Assembly (NCBI GenBank): GCA_023412005.1
Contig: JAEYOE010000014.1
Coordinates: 4,890 to 68,889, forward strand
DNA from: Bacillota bacterium
GTDB lineage: Bacteria; Bacillota; Clostridia; Christensenellales; SZUA-584
Direction of reading: 5' to 3'
DNA length: 64,000 bases
Shown here: positions 10,215 through 19,377 of the stretch, piece by piece
How positions within the stretch are numbered: the stretch's first letter is position 1
Layout: each line of letters starts with the position of its first letter
Program-made: the position numbers and the translations under genes
Notes under the pieces: model-generated
The model's database searches: none
The model's input: the letters and a program-made list of their open reading frames with translations, nothing else
What the model was told of the DNA's origin: nothing

Positions 10215-10894
10215 TCATACTCGCGGCTGACACATCGGGCGGCGTCTGTTCGTCGGCTGTTATCAAGGACGGGCGAATTGTCGCTGAAGCGTATATGAAC
10301 AATCAAAAGACGCATTCGGAAACGATTGGGCCGATGATTGATTTTTGCCTTTCCTGCGCGGGCATTGGCATTGCCGATGCGGATCTGTTTGCGTGTGCCG
10401 TCGGCCCCGGCTCATTTACCGGCTTGCGCATCGGCATCGGCATGATAAAGGCCTTTGCGCATGCGTCCGGGAAGCCTGCTGTGGGGGTTAACACGCTGGA
10501 TGCACTCGCGCTCAACGCAGCCGGTACTAACGAAACGGTTTGTGCTGTAATTGACGCGCGGCGCAGTGAAGTGTATACGGCATCTTACCAAAATGGAGGC
10601 CGCGTGACTGATTACCGCGCCATGCTGATTGATGATGTGCTCAATGAACGGAAAGGGCAAAGCGTTGTATTCGTCGGTGATGCCGCCGTATTGCACAGAG
10701 ATAAGATACTGAATACCGATTCGTCGTTTCGCATCGCCTCCGAAGGGATTGTGCTGCAGCGCGCGGGGTCTGTCGGGCTGGCGGCATATGAACTGTTCAA
10801 GTCCGGTATCTGTCAAGACGCTTACAGCTTAGAACCTTTTTATTTACGCGAAACGCAGGCGGAGCGTGTACGCGCGGCAGGGCAGCCGAAATGA
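10211..10894 (+). CDS. tsaB: tRNA t6A37 biosynthesis protein TsaB
   Basis: ILAADTSG... and GPGSFTGLRIGI motifs. Its start overlaps the tsaE stop. Confidence 0.9.
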   Translation: MIILAADTSGGVCSSAVIKDGRIVAEAYMNNQKTHSETIGPMIDFCLSCAGIGIADADLFACAVGPGSFTGLRIGIGMIKAFAHASGKPAVGVNTLDALALNAAGTNETVCAVIDARRSEVYTASYQNGGRVTDYRAMLIDDVLNERKGQSVVFVGDAAVLHRDKILNTDSSFRIASEGIVLQRAGSVGLAAYELFKSGICQDAYSLEPFYLRETQAERVRAAGQPK

Positions 10895-11328
10895 GCATTA
10901 TCTACAGACAGGCTGACCGAAAAGATGTTGCTCAAATTTTCAGCATTGAAACCGCGTGTTTCTCGCAGCCCTGGTCTTTGGAATCGCTGCAAGGCGACAT
11001 CTGTGAAAATGATTTGGCATACTACATTGTCGCGGAAGAAAACGGTGTTATCGTGGGGTACTGCGGCATTCATATTATTTCAGATGAAGGGCATATCATG
11101 AATGTGGCGGTGTCGCCTGAGAATAGAAGCCGGGGGATCGGGCGCGGTCTGATTGAAACCTTGATGGTGCAAACCGGCCTTGATTATTACACGCTGGAGG
11201 TTCGCGCTTCCAACGAAACCGCCATTCGTCTGTACAATAAAATGGGCTTCAGCGTATTCGGCAGAAGGCCGAAGTATTACGGAGATGAAGACGCGCTGAT
11301 TATGTGGAAGGGCAAAACGCACCTTTGA
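10891..11328 (+). CDS. rimI: Ribosomal-protein-alanine N-acetyltransferase RimI
   Basis: GNAT motif VSPENRSRGIGRGLIETL. It sits in the tsaE-tsaB-rimI arrangement and overlaps the tsaB stop. Confidence 0.85.
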   Translation: MSIIYRQADRKDVAQIFSIETACFSQPWSLESLQGDICENDLAYYIVAEENGVIVGYCGIHIISDEGHIMNVAVSPENRSRGIGRGLIETLMVQTGLDYYTLEVRASNETAIRLYNKMGFSVFGRRPKYYGDEDALIMWKGKTHL

Positions 11329-11363
11329 TTTTCCGCCGGTTCTTCCAAATCAACATTGATGAC

Positions 11364-11392
11364 TTGATACTTAGTCTGCCGGAATGTATAAT
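11364..11392 (+). promoter_or_regulatory. Sigma-A promoter
   Basis: TTGATA, 17 nt, TATAAT with a TG extended -10, upstream of the hydrolase / Mur ligase / ddl genes. Confidence 0.5.
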
Positions 11393-11444
11393 CGAAACTA
11401 AATATAAAATATAATAGTTTATATAAAAATAGAAATAACAGAGT

Positions 11445-12215
11445 ATGATTATAGAAATTGACGGTATTAAAATACATTACGAACAGGATGGGCAGGGGGC
11501 CGATGTGCTTGTGCTTCATGGATGGGGCGCCAGCATACAGACGATGCGCCCTGTTATTGATGCGTTAAAACAAAGTTACCGTGTGACAGCACTTGATTTT
11601 CCGGGCTTCGGCGGCAGCGATGTGCCGCCCGATACGTTTGATGTTCAGCAATACACCGATTTAACGTATAGGTTCATGCTTGAACTCGGCATAAAAAGAA
11701 CGCATATCTTATGCCACTCGTTCGGCGGGCGCGTTACCATTAAGCTTGCGGCGCAGCACCCTGAAGCCGTAGATAAGATTGTTTTCACGGATGCAGCCGG
11801 GCTTCGTAAAAAACGCACTATAAAGCAAAATGTAAAGATCTATTCGTTCAAACTGGCCAAACGCTTAAGCAAGGGCCGCATTATCAAGCGGGTGTTAAAG
11901 GTAATCGGCGTTGATGTGGATAAGCGTGTTAAGAATGCGGGATCAGCCGATTACAAGGCTTTAAGCGATCATATGAAGAAGGTGTTTGTACGCGTCGTCA
12001 ACGAAGATTTAATCGGTTATTTGCCGCAGATAAAAAGCCCGTCTCTTTTGATTTGGGGCGCAAACGATCAGGATACACCGCTGGAATTCGGCAAGACCAT
12101 GGAGAAGCTGATACCTGATGCCGGCCTTGTCGTGTTTGAAGGGGCGGGGCATTATTCTTTTCTGGATTGTTTTGGCCGGTATATCAGCATCGTCAACACA
12201 TTTTTCGGAGGATAA
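11445..12215 (+). CDS. Alpha/beta hydrolase fold protein
   Basis: HGWG oxyanion motif and nucleophile elbow HSFGG. 256 aa. Confidence 0.8.
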   Translation: MIIEIDGIKIHYEQDGQGADVLVLHGWGASIQTMRPVIDALKQSYRVTALDFPGFGGSDVPPDTFDVQQYTDLTYRFMLELGIKRTHILCHSFGGRVTIKLAAQHPEAVDKIVFTDAAGLRKKRTIKQNVKIYSFKLAKRLSKGRIIKRVLKVIGVDVDKRVKNAGSADYKALSDHMKKVFVRVVNEDLIGYLPQIKSPSLLIWGANDQDTPLEFGKTMEKLIPDAGLVVFEGAGHYSFLDCFGRYISIVNTFFGG

Positions 12216-12218
12216 CGG

Positions 12219-13835
12219 ATGTCGGTTTTTTTGCTCATTGCGGTTTATGTGCTTGGCGCGGCGGTTATGGTTTTCGCCTCGGCAGGGCTTGTTCATATGC
12301 TGCAGCTGGAAGGCTATAAAAACAAGAATTTAATTCACTGGCTCGGCGTAAATTCGGCAAAGATATACAACCTGCCTCTTGTTGTATCTGTTTTAACCAT
12401 TGCTTTTATGTTCATTGCCAATGCGTTAGCACCGGCATCAAGCGTGTATGTTTTTATCGGGCTGGCGGCGATAGCTGTTTTGCTCATCGCTTTGTACGCA
12501 AAAAAAATTCGCGTGGAAAAGGCCAAAAAACCGCTTGTTTACACAAGCCGTGTCAAACGGCTGTTTGTGGCTATTTCACTTTTTTATGTTATATTAGGCG
12601 CATTGCTGTTGTTGTTGGATGTGCTTGTTTTTAACGTAACCGTTGCTGCTTATGTGCCGTTCTTCGCCTTTTTTATAACACCAGGGTTTGGCGTTTTGTG
12701 CGCCAACGCGATGGTGAGCCCCATTGAGAAAGCGGTGCAGCGCCGGTATTTCAACGATGCCAAGAAAAAGCTCGAGGCACGAACTGATCTTATTCGCATC
12801 GGCATCACGGGCAGCTACGGCAAAACAAGCTGCAAATTTATACTCGGAACAATACTATCGGAAAAATACAATGTGCTGGTGCCGCCCTCCAGCTTTAACA
12901 CGCCAATGGGTTTAACGCGCGTGATTCGTGAACAGATGAAGCCGTTTCACGAGGTGTTTATTGCGGAAATGGGCGCGCGACATGTTGGCGATATCAAAGA
13001 GCTTTGCGGTCTGGTTTTTCCGACATACGGTTTAATCACATCAGTCGGGCCGCAACATCTGGAAACATTCGGCAGCATTGAGACCATCGCGAAAACAAAA
13101 TACGAACTGATCGACAGCCTGCCGCCAAGCGGCACGGCATTCTTTCCGGGCGATAATGAAATCTGCCGCGGTTTGTATGATAAAACAGCAATTGATAAAG
13201 TATTGTTTTCTGTAGACTACAGCGGCGAATCGGACGTTCGCGCCGAGAACATCACGACCGGAAATTTCGGAAGCCGTTTTGATTTGGTGTTAAACGGCGA
13301 ACGCATCGCGTGCGAAACAAAGCTGCTCGGCAGGCACAATATCTCCAACATTATCGGCTGTGCCGCCGTGGCCCATAAGCTCGGGCTCACTGCGCAGCAG
13401 ATTCGCCTCGGCATTCGTAAAATACAGCCTGTTGAGCACAGGCTTCAGATGCTGCCGACATCTAACGGCATCACCGTGATTGACGACGCGTTCAATGCGA
13501 ATCCATCGGGAGTCAGAGCTGCGATGGAGGTTCTCAAAGGCTTTGAGGGACAAAAAGTGGTGGTAACGCCCGGTTTGGTGGAGCTCGGAGACAAAGAAGA
13601 TGAAGAAAACCGCGCGTTTGGCCGCGTGATGGCGCAGAGTGCCGACACGGTGCTGCTGATTGGCCCCAAACATACCCGGCCTATTTATGAAGGGTTGATT
13701 GAATGCGGTTTTAAAGAAGATAATATCAAGGTTTTCAAGTCGCTGGATGAGGCGGCAAAAGTGCTGTGGACGATTGTAAAGCCGGGCGATGTCGTGATAT
13801 TCGAGAACGACTTGCCGGATAACTATAACGAATAA
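12219..13835 (+). CDS. Mur ligase family protein (MurF-like) with a polytopic membrane N-terminus
   Basis: Residues 1 to about 170 form roughly five hydrophobic helices. The P-loop GITGSYGKTS sits at residues 195-204, followed by about 335 aa of Mur ligase middle and C-terminal domains. It lies immediately upstream of ddl. Confidence 0.65.
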   Translation: MSVFLLIAVYVLGAAVMVFASAGLVHMLQLEGYKNKNLIHWLGVNSAKIYNLPLVVSVLTIAFMFIANALAPASSVYVFIGLAAIAVLLIALYAKKIRVEKAKKPLVYTSRVKRLFVAISLFYVILGALLLLLDVLVFNVTVAAYVPFFAFFITPGFGVLCANAMVSPIEKAVQRRYFNDAKKKLEARTDLIRIGITGSYGKTSCKFILGTILSEKYNVLVPPSSFNTPMGLTRVIREQMKPFHEVFIAEMGARHVGDIKELCGLVFPTYGLITSVGPQHLETFGSIETIAKTKYELIDSLPPSGTAFFPGDNEICRGLYDKTAIDKVLFSVDYSGESDVRAENITTGNFGSRFDLVLNGERIACETKLLGRHNISNIIGCAAVAHKLGLTAQQIRLGIRKIQPVEHRLQMLPTSNGITVIDDAFNANPSGVRAAMEVLKGFEGQKVVVTPGLVELGDKEDEENRAFGRVMAQSADTVLLIGPKHTRPIYEGLIECGFKEDNIKVFKSLDEAAKVLWTIVKPGDVVIFENDLPDNYNE

Positions 13836-13851
13836 GGAAGGACTTTTTGAT

Positions 13852-15009
13852 ATGAAAAAGAATCTTGCGGTGACATTCGGAGGACGAACCGTTGAGCATG
13901 ATATCAGCATTATAACGGCCAATCAACTGATGAGCAGCGCCGACCAAAACAAATACAACATCATTCCGATATACATTGACCGCGACGGGAAATGGTATAC
14001 CGGAGAAAAACTGCGCGATGTTGCCGTATTCAAAAAGTTCGATCCCAGCACCAAGGGTGTGACGCGTGTATTTTTATCGGCCTCGTCTGACGCGATGCTT
14101 TATGAGTACGGCAAAAAACAAAAACCCATCTGCCAGATTGATGTGGTGATTCCTGCCATGCATGGGCTGCATGGCGAAGACGGAACAATACAAGGCTTGT
14201 TTGAGCTGTCGGACATTCCGTATTCGAGCGCCGGAGTCACCGGGTCTGCTGTATGCATGGATAAAATCGTGATGAAGGCGGCGTTAAAGGGGTTTGGTTT
14301 CCCGGTTCTTGATTCGTTGTTCTTCGAACGCGATGAGTTCTATTCGGACAGCGATGCCGTCTCCAAGAAAGTTGAAAACGAGCTTGGGTATCCGGTTTTC
14401 ATAAAGCCTGCCAACTTAGGCTCCAGCATTGGCGTGAACCGTGCGGACAATCGCGACGCGTTTGTTTACGCCATGGAGGTGGCTGCCAAGTATGACCGGC
14501 GCATACTCGTGGAAAAAGCTGTGACTGACATTAAAGAAGTGAACTGCGCCGTTATGGGACGGGGGTCAGACGCGAAAACAAGCATGATTGAACAGCCTGT
14601 GACATCCAAGAGCTTTCTTGGGTTTGAAGAAAAGTATCTGAGCGGCGGAAAATCAAAGGGCATGAAATCGCTTGGGAGAAAGATTCCGGCTGATATATCT
14701 GAAGAAACGGACAAATATGTGCGCAGGCTTTCGGAAGATATTTTCAAAGCATTTGATTTAAAGGGCGTGGTCAGAATCGATTATATCATTGATCAATCAA
14801 CTGACACACTCTATGTGAATGAGGTGAACGCGATACCCGGCTCTTTTGCGTTTTACCTTTGGGAACCCGCAGGCGTTCCTTTTAACACGCTGGTAGACAA
14901 TCTTGTAGCGATAGCTGAGCAGCAGATGAGAGAAAAGAAGAAATCCGAGTTTGCATATGATTCCAATGTTCTGCAAAAAGTGGCCAGCGGTCTTAAAATA
15001 GGGAAATAA
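13852..15009 (+). CDS. ddl: D-alanine--D-alanine ligase
   Basis: Starts GGRTVEHDISI, with HGLHGEDGTIQGLFEL and an ATP-grasp C-terminus NEVNAIPG. 385 aa. Confidence 0.9.
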   Translation: MKKNLAVTFGGRTVEHDISIITANQLMSSADQNKYNIIPIYIDRDGKWYTGEKLRDVAVFKKFDPSTKGVTRVFLSASSDAMLYEYGKKQKPICQIDVVIPAMHGLHGEDGTIQGLFELSDIPYSSAGVTGSAVCMDKIVMKAALKGFGFPVLDSLFFERDEFYSDSDAVSKKVENELGYPVFIKPANLGSSIGVNRADNRDAFVYAMEVAAKYDRRILVEKAVTDIKEVNCAVMGRGSDAKTSMIEQPVTSKSFLGFEEKYLSGGKSKGMKSLGRKIPADISEETDKYVRRLSEDIFKAFDLKGVVRIDYIIDQSTDTLYVNEVNAIPGSFAFYLWEPAGVPFNTLVDNLVAIAEQQMREKKKSEFAYDSNVLQKVASGLKIGK

Positions 15010-15080
15010 ATAGTTTACAAACCTGCGATTGTATTATATATATTACATATATATAAATACTTTTAGGAGGATCATTCTGT

Positions 15081-15446
15081 ATGACTGACAATAAGAATTC
15101 CCTCGGTATGGATCAAAAGACAGCGAGCTGGTTTGCTTATGTTCTGAGTTGGTTGAGTGCCGTTATTCTGCTTGCAACAGAAAAGGATAACAAAGTGGTC
15201 AGACAGCATGCGTGGCAGTCGCTTTTCCTTGGCATTGTCATCTTTGCAGTTTACTTTTTGCTTATGATCCTGTCCGGTATGTTCCTGTTTATCGCTCCGT
15301 TCTTAATCGTCTTATTCTCAGTGTTAACTACCATTGCATGGATTGGCTGGCTTGTTCTCACGGTTATCTGCATCATCAAGGCCACACAGAATGATATGTT
15401 TAAGATTCCGGTTATCTACGGCTGGGTTGAAAAAATGAAGTCATAA
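15081..15446 (+). CDS. DUF4870-like small membrane protein
   Basis: 121 aa with three hydrophobic helices and a good SD (AGGAGG). Confidence 0.5.
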   Translation: MTDNKNSLGMDQKTASWFAYVLSWLSAVILLATEKDNKVVRQHAWQSLFLGIVIFAVYFLLMILSGMFLFIAPFLIVLFSVLTTIAWIGWLVLTVICIIKATQNDMFKIPVIYGWVEKMKS

Positions 15447-15462
15447 GAAATACATACGACGC

Positions 15463-15499
15463 AAAAGAGGTTTCTGAGTTTTCAGGAGCCTCTTTTTTA
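15463..15499 (+). terminator. Rho-independent terminator
   Basis: AAAAGAGGTTTCTGA / TCAGGAGCCTCTTTT imperfect stem followed by a T run. Confidence 0.55.
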
Positions 15500-15641
15500 C
15501 GTTTAACACATTATTTTTTTGTAAGATAGGTCATGTTAAATGACGGGAAAATGATAAAAAAAGCAAGAGGTGACAAGCCCTCGTTTCTGAATAAACCTTC
15601 GGGAATGAATCAAAATATAAAAAAAGAAAGAGTGGCCGAAA

Positions 15642-16301
15642 ATGAATCGATACAAAAGGCTGCCGCGACACATCGGCATTATTCCCGACGGCAACAGAAG
15701 GTGGGCCAAGCAAAAAGGGCTGCAAAAAGAAGAGGGGTACGATTACGGTATCAACCCGGGATTTGAACTGGTCAGAGAATGCATGGAACTCGGCATTGAA
15801 GAGATGACATTCTACGGCTTTACCATGGATAACACAAAACGTCCCGCGGCTCAAACCAGGGCATTTCAAAAAGCATGTGTGGATGCTGTGATGCAAATTT
15901 CCATATGCGACGCGAATCTGCTGATCGTCGGCAACACGGAATCACCTCTTTTTCCAAAGGAGCTGCTGCCTTATACACAGCGAACTGCCTTTGGCAAAGG
16001 GCTGATGAATGTTAATTTTCTTGTGAATTACGGCTGGGACTGGGATTTAACACAGTCCGTCGGCGTGCAAGACGTAAAAAACAAAGAAAGTTTCAGCAAA
16101 AGGATTGCGTCTTCAGACATATCAAGGATAGACTTAATTATCAGGTGGGGAGGCAGAAGACGACTCAGCGGCTTTTTGCCGATACAATCTATCTATGCTG
16201 ACTTTTACGTGGTTGATGAATTCTGGCCCGACTATACCCCTGAACATCTGTATCAGGCGCTTAAGTGGTATCAGCAGCAGGATGTGACGTTGGGCGGATA
16301 A
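15642..16301 (+). CDS. Isoprenyl (cis-prenyl) transferase, UppS family, short form
   Basis: RHIGIIPDGNRRWAKQKG and a C-terminal IRWGGRRRLSGFLP motif. 219 aa. Confidence 0.75.
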   Translation: MNRYKRLPRHIGIIPDGNRRWAKQKGLQKEEGYDYGINPGFELVRECMELGIEEMTFYGFTMDNTKRPAAQTRAFQKACVDAVMQISICDANLLIVGNTESPLFPKELLPYTQRTAFGKGLMNVNFLVNYGWDWDLTQSVGVQDVKNKESFSKRIASSDISRIDLIIRWGGRRRLSGFLPIQSIYADFYVVDEFWPDYTPEHLYQALKWYQQQDVTLGG

Positions 16302-16311
16302 GGAGAAGAGA

Positions 16312-17223
16312 ATGGTTGACGTATGTCTGCTTGGCTGCGGCGGTATGATGCCGCTGCCGCATCGGCGGCTTTCGGCGCTGCTGTATCGGTTTGAAGGCCG
16401 CATGATACTGATCGACTGCGGTGAAGGAACGCAAGTATCTGTCAAACAGACGGGGTGGGGGTTTAAATCCATCGACGCTGTTTTGTTCACACATTTTCAT
16501 GCCGATCATATTTCTGGGTTACCGGGCTTTCTGCTGACGCTCGGTAACAGCGGACGAACAGAACCGCTGACGTTAGCCGGACCGCCCGGGCTTGCTGCCG
16601 TGGTGGCAGACCTTTGCGTTATTGCGCCGAATCTGCCGTTTCATTTGAAAATTATAGAACTGTCCGTGTCTGAAATATGCGAGCTGCCAATCGGACAGGT
16701 GGTTGTCAAAAGCCTGCCCGTTGATCACACCGTTTCTTGCCTTGCCTACAGATTGGATATTAAACGCACCGGTGTGTTTGACATTCATCGAGCGAACGAG
16801 CAGCATATTCCCATAGTTTTTTGGAAAGCGCTGCAAAACGGAGAATCGGTCGAAGACGGGAACGCTCACTATGAGCCCGGCATGGTACTCGGGCCGCCCC
16901 GCAGGGGCATCAGTGTAACCTATTGCACCGATACAAGGCCTGTGCCTGAACTGATTCCGTTTTGTGCAGATTCAGATTTTTTAATCTGCGAAGGCCTTTA
17001 CGCTGAAGATGAAAAACGGCAAAGCGCGCAGGAAAAGCAGCATATGATATTTTCGGAGGCGGCTGAGATAGCAAATGAGGCCCGCGTGAAAGAGCTTTGG
17101 CTGACACATTACAGCCCGTCTTTAAAGAACCCGGAAGAAGAAGTTATTAACGTCAAACATATATTTTCAAACATCCATGCGGGTTATGACCTGAAAACAG
17201 AAACGATTCGGTACGCAGATTAA
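16312..17223 (+). CDS. rnz: Ribonuclease Z (metallo-beta-lactamase fold)
   Basis: LIDCGEGTQ and HFHADHISGLPGFL motifs. 303 aa. Confidence 0.8.
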   Translation: MVDVCLLGCGGMMPLPHRRLSALLYRFEGRMILIDCGEGTQVSVKQTGWGFKSIDAVLFTHFHADHISGLPGFLLTLGNSGRTEPLTLAGPPGLAAVVADLCVIAPNLPFHLKIIELSVSEICELPIGQVVVKSLPVDHTVSCLAYRLDIKRTGVFDIHRANEQHIPIVFWKALQNGESVEDGNAHYEPGMVLGPPRRGISVTYCTDTRPVPELIPFCADSDFLICEGLYAEDEKRQSAQEKQHMIFSEAAEIANEARVKELWLTHYSPSLKNPEEEVINVKHIFSNIHAGYDLKTETIRYAD

Positions 17224-17281
17224 CAATTTGCCTGTTTGTCTTTTTTAAGATATGATATCGCCGATAAGGAGCATACACGCT

Positions 17282-18361
17282 ATGAATTTTGAAACCGTTG
17301 CACTGGATGAGAAAAATAACGCGCTGGTGATTATCGACCAGACGAAGCTGCCGCATGACGTTGTCATGCTGGTATTGACAGAGCTGCAGGAAATATGGGA
17401 TGCCATTTATCAGTTGAAGGTGCGCGGTGCGCCCGCCATTGGCGTGGCGGCGGCCATCGGATTGTATGTTGTGACACAAAGAATAAACGAAACGGATTAT
17501 CAAAACTTTCTAAACGCGTTTAACAAGGCAAAGGAATTTCTTGCGTCGTCCAGGCCGACAGCGGTCAATTTGTTTTGGGCGCTTAATCGCATGGAAAGAA
17601 TCGTTTTAACCAACGCCGATAAAGAGGTGCCTGATATCAAAACACTGCTGCACGACGAAGCGATTGCCATAAAAGATGAGGACATTCGCGTTTGCCGGGC
17701 AATCGGCGAATACGGCTTGAGCCTGATTAAAGACGGCGACGGTATATTGACGCATTGCAATGCGGGCAGGTTGGCTGCCGTGAAATACGGCACAGCGCTC
17801 GCGCCAATCTATATTGGTTTGGAAAAGAGTTTTCATTTTCGGGTTTTTACCGATGAAACGCGCCCGCTGCTTCAGGGGATGCGGCTCAGTGCGTTTGAGC
17901 TTGTTTCGAGCGGCGTTGAAACGACGGTGATCTGCGATAACATGGCGTCGCAGGTGATGAAGAACGGCTGGGTTCAGGCTGTCTTTGTCGGGTGCGACCG
18001 CGTGGCCGCCAATGGAGATGTGTGCAACAAAATCGGCACATCCGGCGTTGCCATACTCGCAAAGCACTACGGGATTCCGTTTTACGTCTGCACCCCGACA
18101 TCCACGATAGATATGAAGATTGAGAACAGCGAGGATATACCGATAGAACAGCGCCCGGCTGAGGAAATGACGACTATGTGGTTTCAGGGGCGCATGGCTC
18201 CCGAAGGCGTTAATGTATTCAACCCGGCATTTGATGTGACGGATCATTCTCTGGTGACGGCAATCGTGACGGAATACGGCATCGCCAAAGCGCCGTACAC
18301 GCAAAGCTTAAAAGCGATCATGGAAAAGAAGGGTGAGGGAGACGTGCATTCCCCAAAATAG
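17282..18361 (+). CDS. mtnA: S-methyl-5-thioribose-1-phosphate isomerase
   Basis: eIF-2B-like family with VRGAPAIGVAAA, RPTAVNLFWA and GCDRVAANGDVCNKIGT. Start moved to the ATG at 17282, which has AAGGAG upstream. Confidence 0.85.
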   Translation: MNFETVALDEKNNALVIIDQTKLPHDVVMLVLTELQEIWDAIYQLKVRGAPAIGVAAAIGLYVVTQRINETDYQNFLNAFNKAKEFLASSRPTAVNLFWALNRMERIVLTNADKEVPDIKTLLHDEAIAIKDEDIRVCRAIGEYGLSLIKDGDGILTHCNAGRLAAVKYGTALAPIYIGLEKSFHFRVFTDETRPLLQGMRLSAFELVSSGVETTVICDNMASQVMKNGWVQAVFVGCDRVAANGDVCNKIGTSGVAILAKHYGIPFYVCTPTSTIDMKIENSEDIPIEQRPAEEMTTMWFQGRMAPEGVNVFNPAFDVTDHSLVTAIVTEYGIAKAPYTQSLKAIMEKKGEGDVHSPK

Positions 18362-18514
18362 CAGTATAATATTATATCTTTAATTTAACCATTGTCCTCG
18401 TAAACGATTTTTAAAGTGACTGAATCTGTCACGGCGAATACGATCCAACATAAAGCGGACTGGATGACCGAATTAGTGACTTTCGAGGTATTCACATACA
18501 TATATCAAGACTGT

Positions 18515-18550
18515 AAGACAAGCCAATCACAGCTTGTCTTTTTCTTTTCT
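18515..18550 (+). terminator. Rho-independent terminator about 155 nt after mtnA
   Basis: AAGACAAGC / GCTTGTCTT 9-bp stem followed by TTTCTTTT. Confidence 0.55.
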
Positions 18551-18595
18551 CAAACATCGCATTCGCATTATGACTGCACACATTAAGCAATATTT

Positions 18596-18604
18596 CATAC
18601 GATA
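18596..18604 (+). promoter_or_regulatory. Mother-cell-type (sigma-E/K-like) -10 box upstream of cotJA
   Basis: CATACGATA fits CATAnnnTA, about 48 nt before the cotJA ATG. A short motif, so weak on its own. Confidence 0.25.
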
Positions 18605-18651
18605 ATATTAAGCCATATATGGCATGAATGAGATGGAAAAGAGGAAAAAGT

Positions 18652-18885
18652 ATGATTACAGATTTCCCAATGGACATGAATATGCTGGGTACAAGCAGCT
18701 GTGTACCGCAGGAAACAGTGATTAAGGATGTTAAACTGGCACATGCGTATGTGCCCTTTCAAAAATTGTGCGCCACGTATATGCCTCTTGAAGGATTGAA
18801 GCAGGGCACCATATTCCCGCCGTTGGTTGGGCTTTATAGCTGGCAGAAAAAAGGGATGGGAGATGATATGAATGACCAGGGATGA
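18652..18885 (+). CDS. cotJA: Spore coat-associated protein CotJA
   Basis: LAHAYVPFQKLCATYMPLEGLKQGTIFPPL matches the CotJA signature. Start placed at the ATG at 18652, after GAGGAAAAAG. Confidence 0.8.
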   Translation: MITDFPMDMNMLGTSSCVPQETVIKDVKLAHAYVPFQKLCATYMPLEGLKQGTIFPPLVGLYSWQKKGMGDDMNDQG

Positions 18886-19147
18886 AATGCTGAAAAAGCT
18901 CAGCGCGCTTGACTTTTATTTGATTGATCTTCATCTCTATCTGAATACGCACCCGGATGACCGGGAAGCGATTATGAAATACAACGCCATGGTGAAAGAA
19001 GCCATGATGCTTCGGCAGGATTATCAGGAGCAATACGGGATGCTGATGGCCCACAGTTCACCGAGCAAGGTTCCGTGGCAGTGGATTGACAACCCATGGC
19101 CGTGGCAGTATAAATTCAATTTTGATTTGTCGGGGGATGATAAATAA
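18872..19147 (+). CDS. cotJB: Spore coat protein CotJB
   Basis: LKKLSALDFYLIDLHLYLNTHPDD..A...YN is the CotJB signature. It overlaps cotJA, and its stop overlaps the cotJC ATG (TAATG). Confidence 0.85.
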   Translation: MTRDEMLKKLSALDFYLIDLHLYLNTHPDDREAIMKYNAMVKEAMMLRQDYQEQYGMLMAHSSPSKVPWQWIDNPWPWQYKFNFDLSGDDK

Positions 19148-19341
19148 TGTGGATGTATGATAAGAAACTTGAGTATCCGGTAAAAATAAAGAAGCCTGAC
19201 CCTAAAATGGCCAAGGTGATCCTTTCTCAATACGGCGGACCAGATGGAGAATTGGCAGCATCGCTGAGGTATTTGAGCCAGCGATTTTCTATGATCACGC
19301 CGGAAGCAAAGGCCACGCTGAACGATATCGGTAAATCGTAA
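19147..19341 (+). CDS. cotJC: cotJC (Mn-catalase-family coat protein), 5' segment, interrupted by the element after codon 62
   Basis: MWMYDKKLEYPVKIKKPDP..GGPDGELAASLRYLSQRF..ATLNDIG matches the CotJC N-terminus. It then reads KS-stop inside AT-rich foreign DNA. Confidence 0.85.
   Translation: MWMYDKKLEYPVKIKKPDPKMAKVILSQYGGPDGELAASLRYLSQRFSMITPEAKATLNDIGKS
19321..19333. repeat. attL core (AACGATATCGGTA)
   Basis: Direct repeat of 35986..35998 with one mismatch. It lies exactly at the point where homology to CotJC is lost. Confidence 0.75.
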
Positions 19342-19377
19342 ACTAAAAGGCATATGAATTACGTTATATTTAATACC

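Noticed and set aside
15533-15766. A 77-aa Lys/Arg-rich ORF overlapping the uppS-like start.
   Set aside because: It is out of frame with, and overlaps, the supported prenyltransferase gene, and its composition is low complexity.
17606-18304. Long antisense shadow ORFs throughout the GC-richer genes. Examples: 17606..18304, 25893..26402, 43943..44530, 45745..46338, 50611..51186, 52543..53148, 54033..54584, 60910..61404, 61462..62091.
   Set aside because: Each lies fully inside a well-supported gene on the other strand, has Arg/His/Ala-rich junk composition and has no SD.
18362-18514. About 150 nt between the mtnA stop and its terminator as a possible small RNA.
   Set aside because: Only a short GTGAC/GTCAC hairpin is present. 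There is no promoter and no recognisable motif. It is most simply a 3' UTR.
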